DNA of 64,000 nt from Macrostomum hystrix (lineage: Eukaryota; Animalia; Platyhelminthes): assembly GCA_950097015.1 (NCBI GenBank), contig CATNEN010000038.1, positions 15,314,001 through 15,378,000 of the forward strand, written 5' to 3'. Below are positions 47,853 to 59,603 of this stretch, piece after piece (within the stretch, counting starts at the first letter, position 1; every line of letters starts with the position of its first letter). The notes under the pieces are model-generated. The model did no database searches. It had not been told where the DNA came from and saw nothing but the letters and a program-made list of their open reading frames with translations. The translations under genes and the position numbers were made by a program.

Positions 47853-49116
47853 CTAATAGCGAACAAAGAGTTTAAAAGCCAAGCTGCTATTGCTGAAAGC
47901 AAATGGGACAGCGGCATATTCCAACAGGTGACACTGGCCAGCCAGCCAGATCACAGCTTGGCAACCGGTTAGGCACCGACTGACGCAATGGATCTCATTT
48001 CTGGAATTGATCAGAGTTTTGTAGGCCAACAGCTCGGGCCGTGCGAGACCCACCAGTGTACGATTGCCGGCAACAAACTTGGCGTCTGAAATGATTGTTA
48101 GACACTGATGAACATCTATTTATAAGCATAAGACTAATTATTTCCATGCTCATACTCTCTATTTTGTACAAGCTTATCCACTCTTACGTCACTCTTACCT
48201 CTTCTAATCGGACTTTACCTGCTTTTATCTTACTCGTACCTGTTCTAATTCTACTCCGCCATTACTTATCCTAATATTTCCTGTTCTAATGTTATTCTAC
48301 CTATTCTAATCCCATTCTTTTCTCCTAATCTCACTCTTACCTGTTCTAGTCTCTCTTTTACCTGTCATTATCTCACTTTTACCTGCTCTTATCTCCCTTT
48401 TATCCGTTCTTATCTCACTCCTACCCGTTCTTATCTCATATATAATTGTTATATTCTTAGAATTGCCTTTTCTAATTTCACTTTAACCCGTTCTAATCCC
48501 ACTACTACCTGTTGTAATCCGACTCCAACCTGTTCTAGTCTTACATTTTCTGTTCTAATATTTATCTACCTATTCTAATTCCACTCTCAAGTGTTCTGCT
48601 CGCAACCTTTCAGTTTATATTTCACACCTGTTCTAATCAAGCTTCACCTGGTCCCATAACCCGTTCTGTGTTCCACTCACCGCTGTGATAAGCCAGTCTG
48701 AAGACCTCATTGCGATAGTCGCCTCCGCAGGTCTGTGACGTGTTGCCAAGGCAACGGCTACTACAGTCGCTATTAGGAGCTTGGCCCTGAGATCCGTAGG
48801 AATTGCCGCAGGTGCACCAAGACCAGCTCTGAAGGGCCATGTACTGGAAGCCGCCAAGTGAGCACAGTGAACCGCAGAGCTCGTGAGTCATCTGGACACT
48901 GTAGATGGAACCAACCATGCCATCTTGATTCACTACAGTGTTGCCAAATCGATTAATCCCGTAATATTTCAAGCCGAGAACATCCCTGACCAAATTAGTG
49001 TTATCCTTGAAGCAGCCCATCCGACTGGCCTGGAACTGGCGACCGAGGGCTGACAAGCTGGCGCAAATTGATAGACAGACCAAAAGCAGCACGGCATTTT
49101 TCAATTTAGTCTCCAT
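47853..49116 (-). CDS. Secreted WSC-domain plus C-terminal PAN/Apple-like protein (233 aa, 2 exons)
   Basis: Exons 49116-48648 and 48085-47853 (phase 1). Signal peptide; WSC motif MGCFKD..MTHELCGSLC..GFQYMALQSWSWCTCGN..CSSRCLGNTSQTCGGD; second module HCVSRCLTGCQAVIW..QCHL. TATATAA at 49170-49164. Confidence 0.88.
48170..48640. repeat. Highly degenerate tandem repeat (TACCTGTTCTAATC-type) in the WSC gene intron
   Basis: Recurring CCTGTTCTAAT/TCTTATCTC motifs. Confidence 0.6.
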
Positions 49117-49559
49117 GGCTTTGAATAGTGACAACTACGATTGTTGCTAATCAAGCATTTTGATTATATAGATCCGATTTTCCACTCGTTTGGAATCTAA
49201 AATATACGCTCCTATTAAACCATCGTTGTTGCTATGGGAACGCAAAAAATCATTGGTGTAATCCAAGGGGAATATGAAATTTTTAACTGAAATGAACCAT
49301 TCAATTTTGGTTAGAAATGAGCTGCTAGAAAAAATGATTCAAAATAAATTTAGCTCACAAAGGTGTCAGCAATCACTCAATTAATACAAGTAAATGAGAA
49401 CAATAACTTCAATTTATATCTATTTTTTACCGCTAATTAGATTCTTACCCGATCTGTAATAAAACCAAAATTGTCAAATGCCAAGTGTATGAGTTATACT
49501 ACCATGTATTCTGTGCTACCATCCTTCTGTGAATCGTTAATTATCACCGGGTAGTCAGA

Positions 49560-50433
49560 AGTATCCCCTGATTCTTCAAGGAGTCACAAATTATCCCCTG
49601 ATTATTCAGGGAGTCACAAATGATCCCCTAATACTTCCTTGAGTCACAAATTATCCCCAGATTATTTAGGGAGTCAAAAATTATCCCCTAATACTTCCTT
49701 GAGTCACAAATTATCCCCCTGATTATTCGGTGAGTCACAAATTATCCCCTGATTATTCAGGGAGTCACAAATGATCCCCTAATACTTCATTGAGTCACAA
49801 ATTATCCCCCCCTGATTATTCGGTGAGTCACAAATTATCCCCTGATTTTTCAGGGAGTCACAAATGATCCCCTAATACTTCCTTGAGTCACAAATTATCC
49901 CCTGATTATTCAGGGAGTCACAAATGATCCCATAATACTTCATTGAGTCACAAATTATCCCCCCCTGATTATTCGGTGAGTCACAAATTATCCCCAGATT
50001 TTTCAGGGAGTCACAAATGATCCCCTAATACTTCCTTGAGTCACAAATTATCCCCTGATTATTCGGTGAGTCACAAATTATCCCCTGATTATTCGGTGAG
50101 TCACAAATTATCCCCTGATTATTCGGTGAGTCACAAATTATCCCCTGATTATTCGGTGAGTCACAAATTATCCCCTGATTATTCAGGCAGTCACAAATGA
50201 TCCCCTGATTTTTCAGGGGGTCACAAATTATCCCCTGATTATTCAGGGGGTCACAAATTATCCCCTGATTATTCAGGCAGTCACAAATGATCCCCTGATT
50301 TTTCAGGGGGTCACAAATTATCCCCTGATTATTCAGGGGGTCACAAATTATCCCCTGATTATTCAGGGGGTCACAAATTATCCCCAGATTATTCAGGGGG
50401 TCACAAATTATCCCCTGATTATTCAGTGAGTCA
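49560..50433. repeat. About 30-bp minisatellite (TCACAAATTATCCCCTGATTATTCAGGGAG)n
   Basis: Directly visible; internal hairpin CCCTGA-TTAT-TCAGGG. Confidence 0.93.
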
Positions 50434-50827
50434 TGCTTAAGTCTTACACTATCTCTTAGACTCTGCAACACCCAGTGAAGCTATATTGTGGCTAGTCTGT
50501 TAGTCTAGAAATCCAGCACTAGCTAAGCATAGCATTTCTGAGTGATTATATTTCTGCGTTAATCAATTCAAAGAATAACATGCTTACTGTTACACTACCT
50601 GGCGTTAACTTGTCTGGGCATAATCTGTGCATATCAAATTTCTATTAGAAGCAGAGCAATGTGCAACTTCAACGACAAGCCAAATAAAACCAATTGGCCA
50701 AATGGTTCAACAAAATTACCATAATTAGCGTAAGCAGAAACTGGAGAAGATAAAAGCAGACGAATTAACTTGGACTGTCCACCGAATCGCAGCAGAATAA
50801 TTAATTGAATCTGTTTTGGTATATATA

Positions 50828-52115
50828 GGATCTGCACACATCTAGAGACAATTGATCTGGACATTGGATCTGCACACATCTAGAGACAATTGATCTGGAC
50901 ATTGGATCTGCACACATCTAGAGACAATTGATCTGGATATTGGATCTGCACACATCTAGAGACAATTGATCTGGACATTGGATCTGCACACATCTAGAGA
51001 CAATTGATCTGGACATTGGATCTGCACACATCTAGAGACAATCATCGATCTGGACATTAGATCTGCACACATCTAGAGACAATCGATCTGGATATTAGAT
51101 CTGCACACATCTAGAGACAATCGATCTGGATTTTAGATCTGCACACATCCAGAGACAATCGATCTGGATTTTAGATCTGCACACATCTAGAGACAATCGA
51201 TCTGGATATTAGATCTGCACACATCTAGAGACAATCGATCTGGATTTTAGATCTGCACACATCTAGAGACAATCGATCTGGATTTTAGATCTGCACACAT
51301 CTAGAGACAATCGATCTGGACATTGGATCTGCACACATCTAGAGACAATCGATCTGGATATTGGATCTGCACACATCTAGAGACAATCGATCTGGATTTT
51401 AGATCTGCACACATCCAGAGACAATCGATCTGGACATTAGATCTGCACACATCTAGAGACAATCGATCTGGATTTTAGATCTGCACACATCCAGAGACAA
51501 TCGATCTGGATTTTAGATCTGCACACATCCAGAGACAATCGATCTGGATTTTAGATCTGCACACATCCAGAGACAATTGATCTGGACATTAGATCTGCAC
51601 ACATCTAGAGACAATTGATCTGGACATTAGATCTGCACACATCTAGAGACAATTGATCTGGACATTAGATCTGCACACATTTAGAGACAATCATCGATCT
51701 GGACATTGGATCTGCACACATCTAGAGACAATCATCGATCTGGATATTGGATCTGCACACATCTAGAGACAATCGATCTGGATATTAGATCTGCACACAT
51801 CTAGAGACAATCGATCTGGATATTAGATCTGCACACATCTAGAGACAATCATCGATCTGGATATTGGATCTGCACACATCTAGAGACAATCGATCTGGAT
51901 ATTAGATCTGCACACATCTAGAGACAATTGATCTGGACATTAGATCTGCACACATTTAGAGACAATCATCGATCTGGACATTGGATCTGCACACATCTAG
52001 AGACAATCATCGATCTGGACATTGGATCTGCACACATCTAGAGACAATCATCGATCTGGATATTGGATCTGCACACATCTAGAGACAATCGATCTGGATA
52101 TTAGATCTGTACACA
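50828..52115. repeat. 38-bp minisatellite (GGATCTGCACACATCTAGAGACAATYGATCTGGAYATT)n
   Basis: Directly visible; ends about 70 nt upstream of the SLC5A7 ATG. Confidence 0.96.
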
Positions 52116-52185
52116 CCAAAAGAGAATAAATCTCTAGAAGACGATTAAAAGAAGGAAAAAAGGAAACTAGTTTCTGCGCGCGAAC

Positions 52186-55100
52186 ATGCCAGATGTCGCT
52201 GCACTGATCAGCATAGGCGCATTTTACCTGCTAATTCTGGTCATTGGAATTTTGGCTGCCCGAAAGAACAACAAAGCCGCTGCTTCTAAAACTGAGGAGG
52301 TTATTGTTGCCGGCAGAAATATTGGCGTTTGTGTCGGCATCTTCACCTGCACAGGTAAAAGTTCAGATGCGATTCCTGCGGGAAATTCTTAAAATGAGTC
52401 CTATTTCACGAGCAGATTCCCAAAACCGAAATCATTCTTTGGGCGGATTCCTAACCAATATCATTCTTGGGCGGATTGCCAAAATCTATATCATTCTTGG
52501 GCAGATTCCCAAAACCGATATCATTCTTGGGCGGATTCCCAAAACCGAAATCATTCTTGGGCAGATTCCCAAAACCGATATCATTCTTTGGCGGATTACC
52601 AAAACCGATATCATTCTTGGGCGGATTCCCAAAACCGATATCATTCTTGGGCGGATTCCCAAAACGAGTCTTTGCTTGGGCTGGGCTTTTGCTTGGGCTT
52701 TTCTTCGCAAAACGAAATCTACCGTCTGGGCAGATTCCCAAAATGATATTACAGCCTAGTATATCTGTTTCCTTTGGCTTTTTCGGACCAATCCCGTATC
52801 CGCACCTCACCCAGCAACCTGGGTTGGCGGCGGCTACATCAACGGCACAGCTGAGAGCGTGTTCTCACCCGGCCAGGGCCTAGTTTGGACCCAGGCTCCG
52901 GTTGCCTACGCTGCCAGCCTGTTGCTAGGCGGCCTCCTATTCGCTAGGCGAATGCGATCCCGCCGTTACATCACCATGCTGGACCCGCTGCAGGCAGCCT
53001 TCGGTGACAGAATGTGCGCCCTGCTGTTCCTGCCCTGCCTGCTCGGAGAGCTTTTCTGGTCAGCCGCCATTTTGGCCGCTCTTGGTAAGACCACTTTTTT
53101 CCTGAACCAATTTTCTTTGTTATTTATGTCTTTACACGTACGACAACTTTAGATTTTGAAGCACGCTACTTATAGTAGGATTTTTAAAGAAGTTCTGTTT
53201 CACGGAATTTTATATTCGTTCTGGAACCCGCCCGAAAAATCTGATTCGTTCTGGAACCCACCCAATAAATAATTTCCCTCTGGAAACAGCCCAAGGAATT
53301 CGATTCTTTCTGGAACCCACTCAAAAAATCTAATTTATTCTGAAACCCGCCCAAAGAATCAGATTCCTCCTGGAACCCGCCTAAGGAATCATATTCATTC
53401 TGGAACCCGCCCAAGGAATCAGATTCCTCCTGGAACCCGCCCCAGAATTCATATTCATTCTGGAACCCGCCCAAGGAATCAGATTCCTCCTGGAACCCGC
53501 CCCAGAATTCATATTCATTCTGGAACCCGCCCAAGGAATCAGATTCCTCCTGGAACCCGCCCCAGAATTCATATTCATTCTGGAACCCGCCCAAGGAATC
53601 AGATTCCTCCTGGAACCGCCCCAGAATTCATATTCATTCTGGAACCCGCCCAAGGAATCAGATTCCTCCTGGAACCCGCCCCAGAATTCATATTCATTCT
53701 GGAACCCGCCCAAGGAATCAGATTCCTCCTGGAACCCGCCCAAGGAATCAGATTCCTCCTGGAACCCGCCCAAGGAATCAGATTCCTCCTGGAACCCGCC
53801 CAAGGAATCCGACTCATCCTGGAACCCGCCCCAGAATTCATATTCATTCTGGAACCCGCCCAAGGAATCAGATTCCTCCTGGAACCCGCCCAAGGAATCA
53901 GATTCCTCCTGGAACCCGCCCAAGGAATCAGATTCCTCCTGGAACCCGCCCAAGGAATCAGATTCCTCCTGGAACCCGCCCAAGGAATCAGATTCGTCCT
54001 GGAACCCGCCCCAGAATTCATATTCATTCTGGAACCCGCCCAAGGAATCAGATTCCTCCTGGAACCCGCCCCAGAATTCATATTCATTCTGGAACCCGCC
54101 CAAGGAATCAGATTCCTCCTGGAACCCGCCCCAGAATTCATATTCATTCTGGAACCCGCCCAAGGAATCAGATTCCTCCTGGAACCCGCCCCAGAATTCA
54201 TATTCATTCTGGAACCCGCCCAAGGAATCAGATTCCTCCTGGAACCCGCCCCAGAATTCATATTCATTCTGGAACCCTCCCAAGAAATCATATTGTAGGA
54301 GGGGTTGTAGGCTTGTGGTTAGAGCGTCGGACTCACGACTTAGAGGTCGGGGGTTCGATTCCCGACTCCGCTGGAACAATTCTTGTCCTTTAGCAAGACA
54401 CTTAACTCTGCATTGCTTCAGTTCACCCAGCTGTTAAATGGGTGCCAGCATCAGCTGGGGTAATTGAGGGTGGGTGTGGCGGCCCCCCAGTCCATGGACT
54501 GAACAGCCGTACGCAGCCTTCAGATGCGAGTCGCAATAGCTGCGGCTGTGCTGTCGGCTGCACATCTGGCCCGATTGAAGCAGGCATAATCAATTATTAT
54601 AAAATGGTAAAAGCTTGTGATAACTTTGAATAACTTCTCCTATTGGACGTCCCTTAGGTGGCACTGTGTCAATTCTAGTGGACTTCGACATGGACTGGTC
54701 CATTGTCATATCGGCTGGTATAGCAGTACTTTATACACTGTTCGGTGGCCTATACTCCGTGGCTTACACAGATGTTGCCCAGCTCATTCTCATATTCGTT
54801 GGACTGGTGAGTCGCCTTAGAACACGACTCAAGAACACGATGCACCCACCCACTGATTCAGATATATATCCTTAACCATAGAGGAAGACGATCTTAATTC
54901 CCTTATGTAAAATCTGTAGATAGATATTCTAGTGTACTGTGGTGGCCTCTGGATTCCATGCAGATCACGGCCTCTGGAGATCAATGCTGTGAGACATGAG
55001 ATCTCATCGTGAGATCAATGCTGTGAGACATAAGATCTCATTGGAGATCAATGCTGTGAGACATGATATCTCATTGTGAGATGAGTGATGTAGGACATGA

Positions 55101-57239
55101 GATCTCATTGTGAGATCAATGCTGTGAGACATGAGATCTCATCGTGAGATCAATGCTGTGAGACATAAGATCTCATTGGAGATCAATGCTGTGAAACATG
55201 ATATCTCATTGTGAGATGAGTGATGTAAGACATGATATCTCATTGTGAGATGAGTGATGTAAGACATGAGATCTCATTTTGAGATCGATGCTGTAAGACA
55301 TGAGAGCTCATCGTGAGATCAATGCTGTGAGACATGATATCTCATCGTGAGATCAATGCTGTGAGACATGAGATCTCATTGCAAGATCAATGCTGTGAGA
55401 CATGAGATCTCATCGTGAGATCAATGCTGTGAGACATAAGATCTCATTGGAGATCAATGCTGTGAGACATGATATCTCATTGTGAGATCAATGCTGTGAG
55501 ACATGATATCTCATTGTGAGATGAGTGATGTAAGACATGAGATCTCATTTTGAGATCGATGCTGTGAGACATGAGATCTCATCGTGAGATCAATGCTGTG
55601 AGACATGATATCTCATTGTGAGATGAGTGATGTAGGACATGAGATCTCATTGTGAGATCGATGCTGTAAGACATGAGAGCTCATCGTGAGATCGATGCTG
55701 TGAGACATGAGAGCTCATCGTGAGATCAATGCTGTGAGACATGATATCTCATTGTGAGATGAGTGATGTAGGACATGAGATCTCATCGTGAGATCAATGC
55801 TGTGAGACATGAGATCTCATCGTGCCTTGGAGGTTGGCCCTCAAAGGTGTAAATTGCACGACAAGCCGCGGCTGCGACCCAAAATTAATTGGTGCGAGAG
55901 GCTAAACCCTGTCCCCAGAGAGAGAGAAAGAGAGTTTAGAAATAGCTGCGCCCATCTATCTAGTACTAGTGCTATTAACTAAGGTTCACTGCTGCAACTT
56001 TTATCCCTCAGTGGACTGTTGTTCCATTCGCCCTCACGCATCATTCGGTGTCAGCGTTGACAATCAGTGCCTTCGCCAGTCGCCAGCAGAATGCCACCGC
56101 GGGCTGGCTGGGCCGTCTAGAACCGGAAGATCGGTGGCGTTACGCCGACTCGGCTTTAATGCTTAGCTTCGGCGGCATACCGTGGCAGGTCTACTTTCAG
56201 CGGGTTCTATCGCAGAGAACAGTCGCCGGCGCGGTGACAATCAGCGCCGTATCCGCTGTCGCCGTACTAATGATGGCCGTGCCACCGGCTGTTATAGGCG
56301 CCGCTGCCGCTTCTGCCAGCAACAGCAGCCAATGGCTTGGCGGCGCCACAGACAATAGATTCGTTCTGCCACTAGCTATGCAGCATCTTTGCCCGCGTCC
56401 CGTGGCGATCATCGGTCTGGGGGCAGTGTCCGCGGCTGTCATGTCATCTGCTGATTCTACTGTGCTTTCATCGGCGTCCATGTTCTGCCGCAATGTGTTC
56501 AAGCCATTGGTTTGGCCTGGTGTAACCGAGGCGAAGCAGATGTGGATTATGCGAGCAAGCATATTAGCTGCTGGAGCTGCCAGCGCAGGTCTGCGAACAC
56601 CTGCTGATTGTGTCTAACACCTGCTGACTGTGTCTAACACCTGCTGACTGTGTCTAACACGTGCTGACTGTGTCTAACACGTGCTGACTGTGTCTAACAC
56701 CTGCTGACTGTGTCTAACACCTGCTGACTGTGTCTAACACCTGCTGAATGTGCCTAACACCTGTGCCTAACTCCATCTAACATTTGAAATTCAATTAAAT
56801 TTTCCTTACAGGCCTAGCCATCAGCATCAAAACTATCTACGGCCTCTGGTTCCTGTGCTCAGATCTAGTCTACGTGATAGTACTACCACAGCTCACTGCG
56901 GCACTATACCTTCCATGGACCAACTCGGCGGGTTCAATGGCCGGCTATTTAGTTAGCTCGGCCATGAGACTAACCGCTGGCGAGTCTGTTCTAGGACTGC
57001 CGGCACTCATTCACTGGCCTGGCTATGTAACAGGAACTGACGGACAGTTTGTACAGCAGTTTCCAATCCGTACCGTCAGCATGCTGTCTGGCCTGTTGGC
57101 TCTTGTGCTAGTTAGCTGCCTTCTGCCTGCGACTGCGACTGCCAGCAGCAAGCTGGACTCTGACAGACGCGGCGAACAGAATGGAATCGCCAATGAGACC
57201 TTGGAAGCGTCAAGAATTACACTGACTACGTATCTGTGA
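52186..57239 (+). CDS. SLC5A7: High-affinity choline transporter (SLC5A7/ChT), 530 aa, 5 exons
   Basis: Exons 52186-52354, 52815-53084, 54658-54806, 56012-56588, 56812-57239 (1593 nt, phases consistent). Motifs [83 protein letters not shown]. Confidence 0.95.
52410..52665. repeat. 30-bp minisatellite (TCATTCTTGGGCGGATTCCCAAAACCGATA)n, SLC5A7 intron 1
   Basis: Directly visible. Confidence 0.92.
53220..54290. repeat. 30-bp minisatellite (TGGAACCCGCCCAAGGAATCAGATTCCTCC)n with an alternating variant, SLC5A7 intron 2
   Basis: Directly visible; A/B dimer structure. Confidence 0.95.
54301..54600 (+). mobile_element. Full-length tRNA-derived CORE-SINE (family B)
   Basis: tRNA-like head, then TGTCCTTTAGCAAGACACTTAACTCTGCATTGCTTCAGTTCACCCAGCTGTTAAATGGG (MIR CORE-like), a stem-loop 3' region and an (ATT)n tail. 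Confidence 0.88.
54977..55824. repeat. 34-bp minisatellite (GAGATCAATGCTGTGAGACATGAGATCTCATCGT)n, SLC5A7 intron 3
   Basis: Contains the 12-bp palindrome ATGAGATCTCAT; followed directly by a SINE-A fragment (55822-55902, minus strand). Confidence 0.93.
56596..56770. repeat. 20-bp minisatellite (ACACCTGCTGACTGTGTCTA)n, SLC5A7 intron 4
   Basis: Directly visible. Confidence 0.93.
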
Positions 57240-57269
57240 TTGGCTTGACAGCGTCAACTCCGCATGCCT

Positions 57270-57860
57270 CTCTCCCCTCTGACCCTCTGTCCCTCTGTTC
57301 CTCTGTCCCTCTGTCCTCTGTCCCTCTGTCCCTCTGTCCTCTGTCCCTCTGAACCTCTGACCCTCTGTCCCTCTGTTCCTCTGTCCTCTGTTCCTCTGTC
57401 CCTCTGACCCACTGACCCTCTGTCCCTCTGACCCTCTGTCCCTTTGTTCCATCTGTCCTCTGTCCTCTGTTCCTCTGTCTCTCTGACCCACTGACCCTCT
57501 GTCCCTCTGACCCTCTGTCCCTCTGACCCACTGTCCCTCTGACCCTCTGTTCCTCTATCCCTCTGTCCTCTGTCCCTCTGTCCCTCTGTCCCTCTGTCCT
57601 CTGTCCCTCTGACCCTCTGACCCTCTGACCCTCTGACCCTCTGTCCCTCTGTTCCATCTGTCCATCCAACCGTCTGCAGACTGCAGAATCGCAGATAGAT
57701 CTGTGGGCAGAGTGGGTCGCGGGCTGCGGAATCGCAGATAGATCTGTGGGCAGAGTGGGTCGCGGACTGCGGAATCGCAGATAGATCTGTGGGCAGAGTG
57801 GGTCGCGGACTGCGGAATCGCAGATAGACCTGTGGGCAGAGTGGGTCGCGGGCTGCAGAA
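57270..57860. repeat. (CCCTCTGT)n low-complexity tract followed by a 43-bp repeat (about 4 copies), 3' of SLC5A7
   Basis: 57270-57660 and 57685-57860. Confidence 0.9.
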
Positions 57861-58351
57861 ATCTGCGGTATTTGGTAGTTGGTTTTTGTCGGCTCAATAA
57901 AGCAAAAATTACGTTCTTCACTCAATGAGAAATTCATTGATTAAAAAAATCTTTTTTTTCGCATTACTAATTTTATTGAATTCATTTTAAACAGTACACC
58001 TGCATATACTAAATTTTCAGTTCGTTTTGGCTTCTCTATCAGTTTTTATTTGATCTTTCATATTTCTGCTCTGTTCAGATTTGTACCCTGCTAGTCAGTC
58101 GGTAAGCAATTCGCACTGCGTTACCCCACTCCTCTGCCAGTCGTGCATCATTGCCACTTAACGGCGCTAAAATCAGTATGCAGTCCCTGTTCTTCCATCT
58201 GTCTGTTTGAGTTGGTTTTTATAACGCAGACAAAACGAAATTCCTGGATTTCTCTGAAAAAAACGAATAAAATAACACTTTATGACGCGTTAATTTAGTA
58301 AATCAGCATAAAATTAATTAAATGGAAAATAAAGAAGCATCTATTCTATGC

Positions 58352-58640
58352 TCCCTTCGTCCCCTCCGTCCCCTCAGTCCCCTCAGTCCCCTCAGTCCAC
58401 TCCGTCCCCTCAGTCCCCTCAGTCCCCTCAGTCCCCTCAGTCCCCTCCGTCCCCTCCGTCCCCTCAGTCCCCTCAGTCCCCTCAGTCCCCTCAGTCCTCT
58501 CCGTCCCCTCAGTCCCCTCAGTCCTCTCCGTCCCCTCCGTCCCCTCAGTCCCCTCAGTCCCCTCCGTCCACTCAGTCCTCTCCGTCCCCTCCGTCCCCTC
58601 CGTCCCCTCAGTCCCCTCAGTCCCCTCAGTCCCTCCGTCC
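58352..58640. repeat. 9-bp minisatellite (GTCCCCTCM)n
   Basis: Directly visible. Confidence 0.93.
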
Positions 58641-59603
58641 CTTCTGTCCTTACCATATAAGCCCATTCTGTCTCCTCTGTCCTCTGAGCCCCTTCTCTCC
58701 TCTGACTTCATTCTGTCCTCTCGGTCCCCTCGGTCAGTGAGGCAATCCCAGCTCACATATTCCTTCAGCTTCCCAAGCGAAAGGTTTCTAACTCGTAGTT
58801 TTTTTATCCCAGTCTTGACAATGCAATGGCTTGTCCGTAATTAGGAAGCAAAGGTGCTTTGGTAAGGAGATAAATGTCATTTTTTGTCACGAAAACAATG
58901 CAGAATTTTGTGCACTGCAAGATTAAGAGTAGTCTCAGCCTATTTAGAAACCTGATCTTGTGCAGGGCAGCGGTCCTCTGCGTATCGTTCTCGGCACTGA
59001 CGCCAGCTGACCAATCATGACAGAGAACTGATCCCTCTCCTCGCTCGGCGAATCGTCTTACAGAGATTTAGTTGGGGCGTCTTTATTTCGGTGAATCCCG
59101 CTATATAAATCAATAAGCAGGATTGGGTATCGACCCTAAGCTATTTCGCATCGTCTAACTAATTAGGTGACGAGGATTCTTCTGGCATAGTTGCTCGCCG
59201 GTTTACCTAGTGTAGTAGCTAGATTTTTTAGATTTCCCATTGAGCCTGGCGATAATACCATTTTAATTATCTGGAGGTCGGCTAGAACCGTACCGCCTGC
59301 CAATCTTATTCAAGATTTATTGTAAGTCGATTGATTTTTTTTGTCAACCTAGGTAATCTAGGATTTTTTACATCAACTGACACACAGGTGATGTGGAAGC
59401 TAATGCAGGATAATCCCAGATTTATGCGAATAAGAAAAATATAGGCTACGGAATTTATTATTGCATGCCAAATTTTAGGCATCGAGCAGTGTTGGAAAAC
59501 ACCTCTTCCAAAAGTGATTGAAAAAATGATTTCTTTTTCTTTTTCTTGTCATCTTTTGTAGCAGAAAAACAGGAAAACAAGACTAATGATATATGAGAGA
59601 GGA

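Noticed and set aside
54301-54372. tRNA genes at SINE heads (also a tRNA-Lys-like fragment at about 13882-13925, minus strand)
   Set aside because: Cloverleaf stems are not intact, and the SINE heads run directly into SINE bodies.
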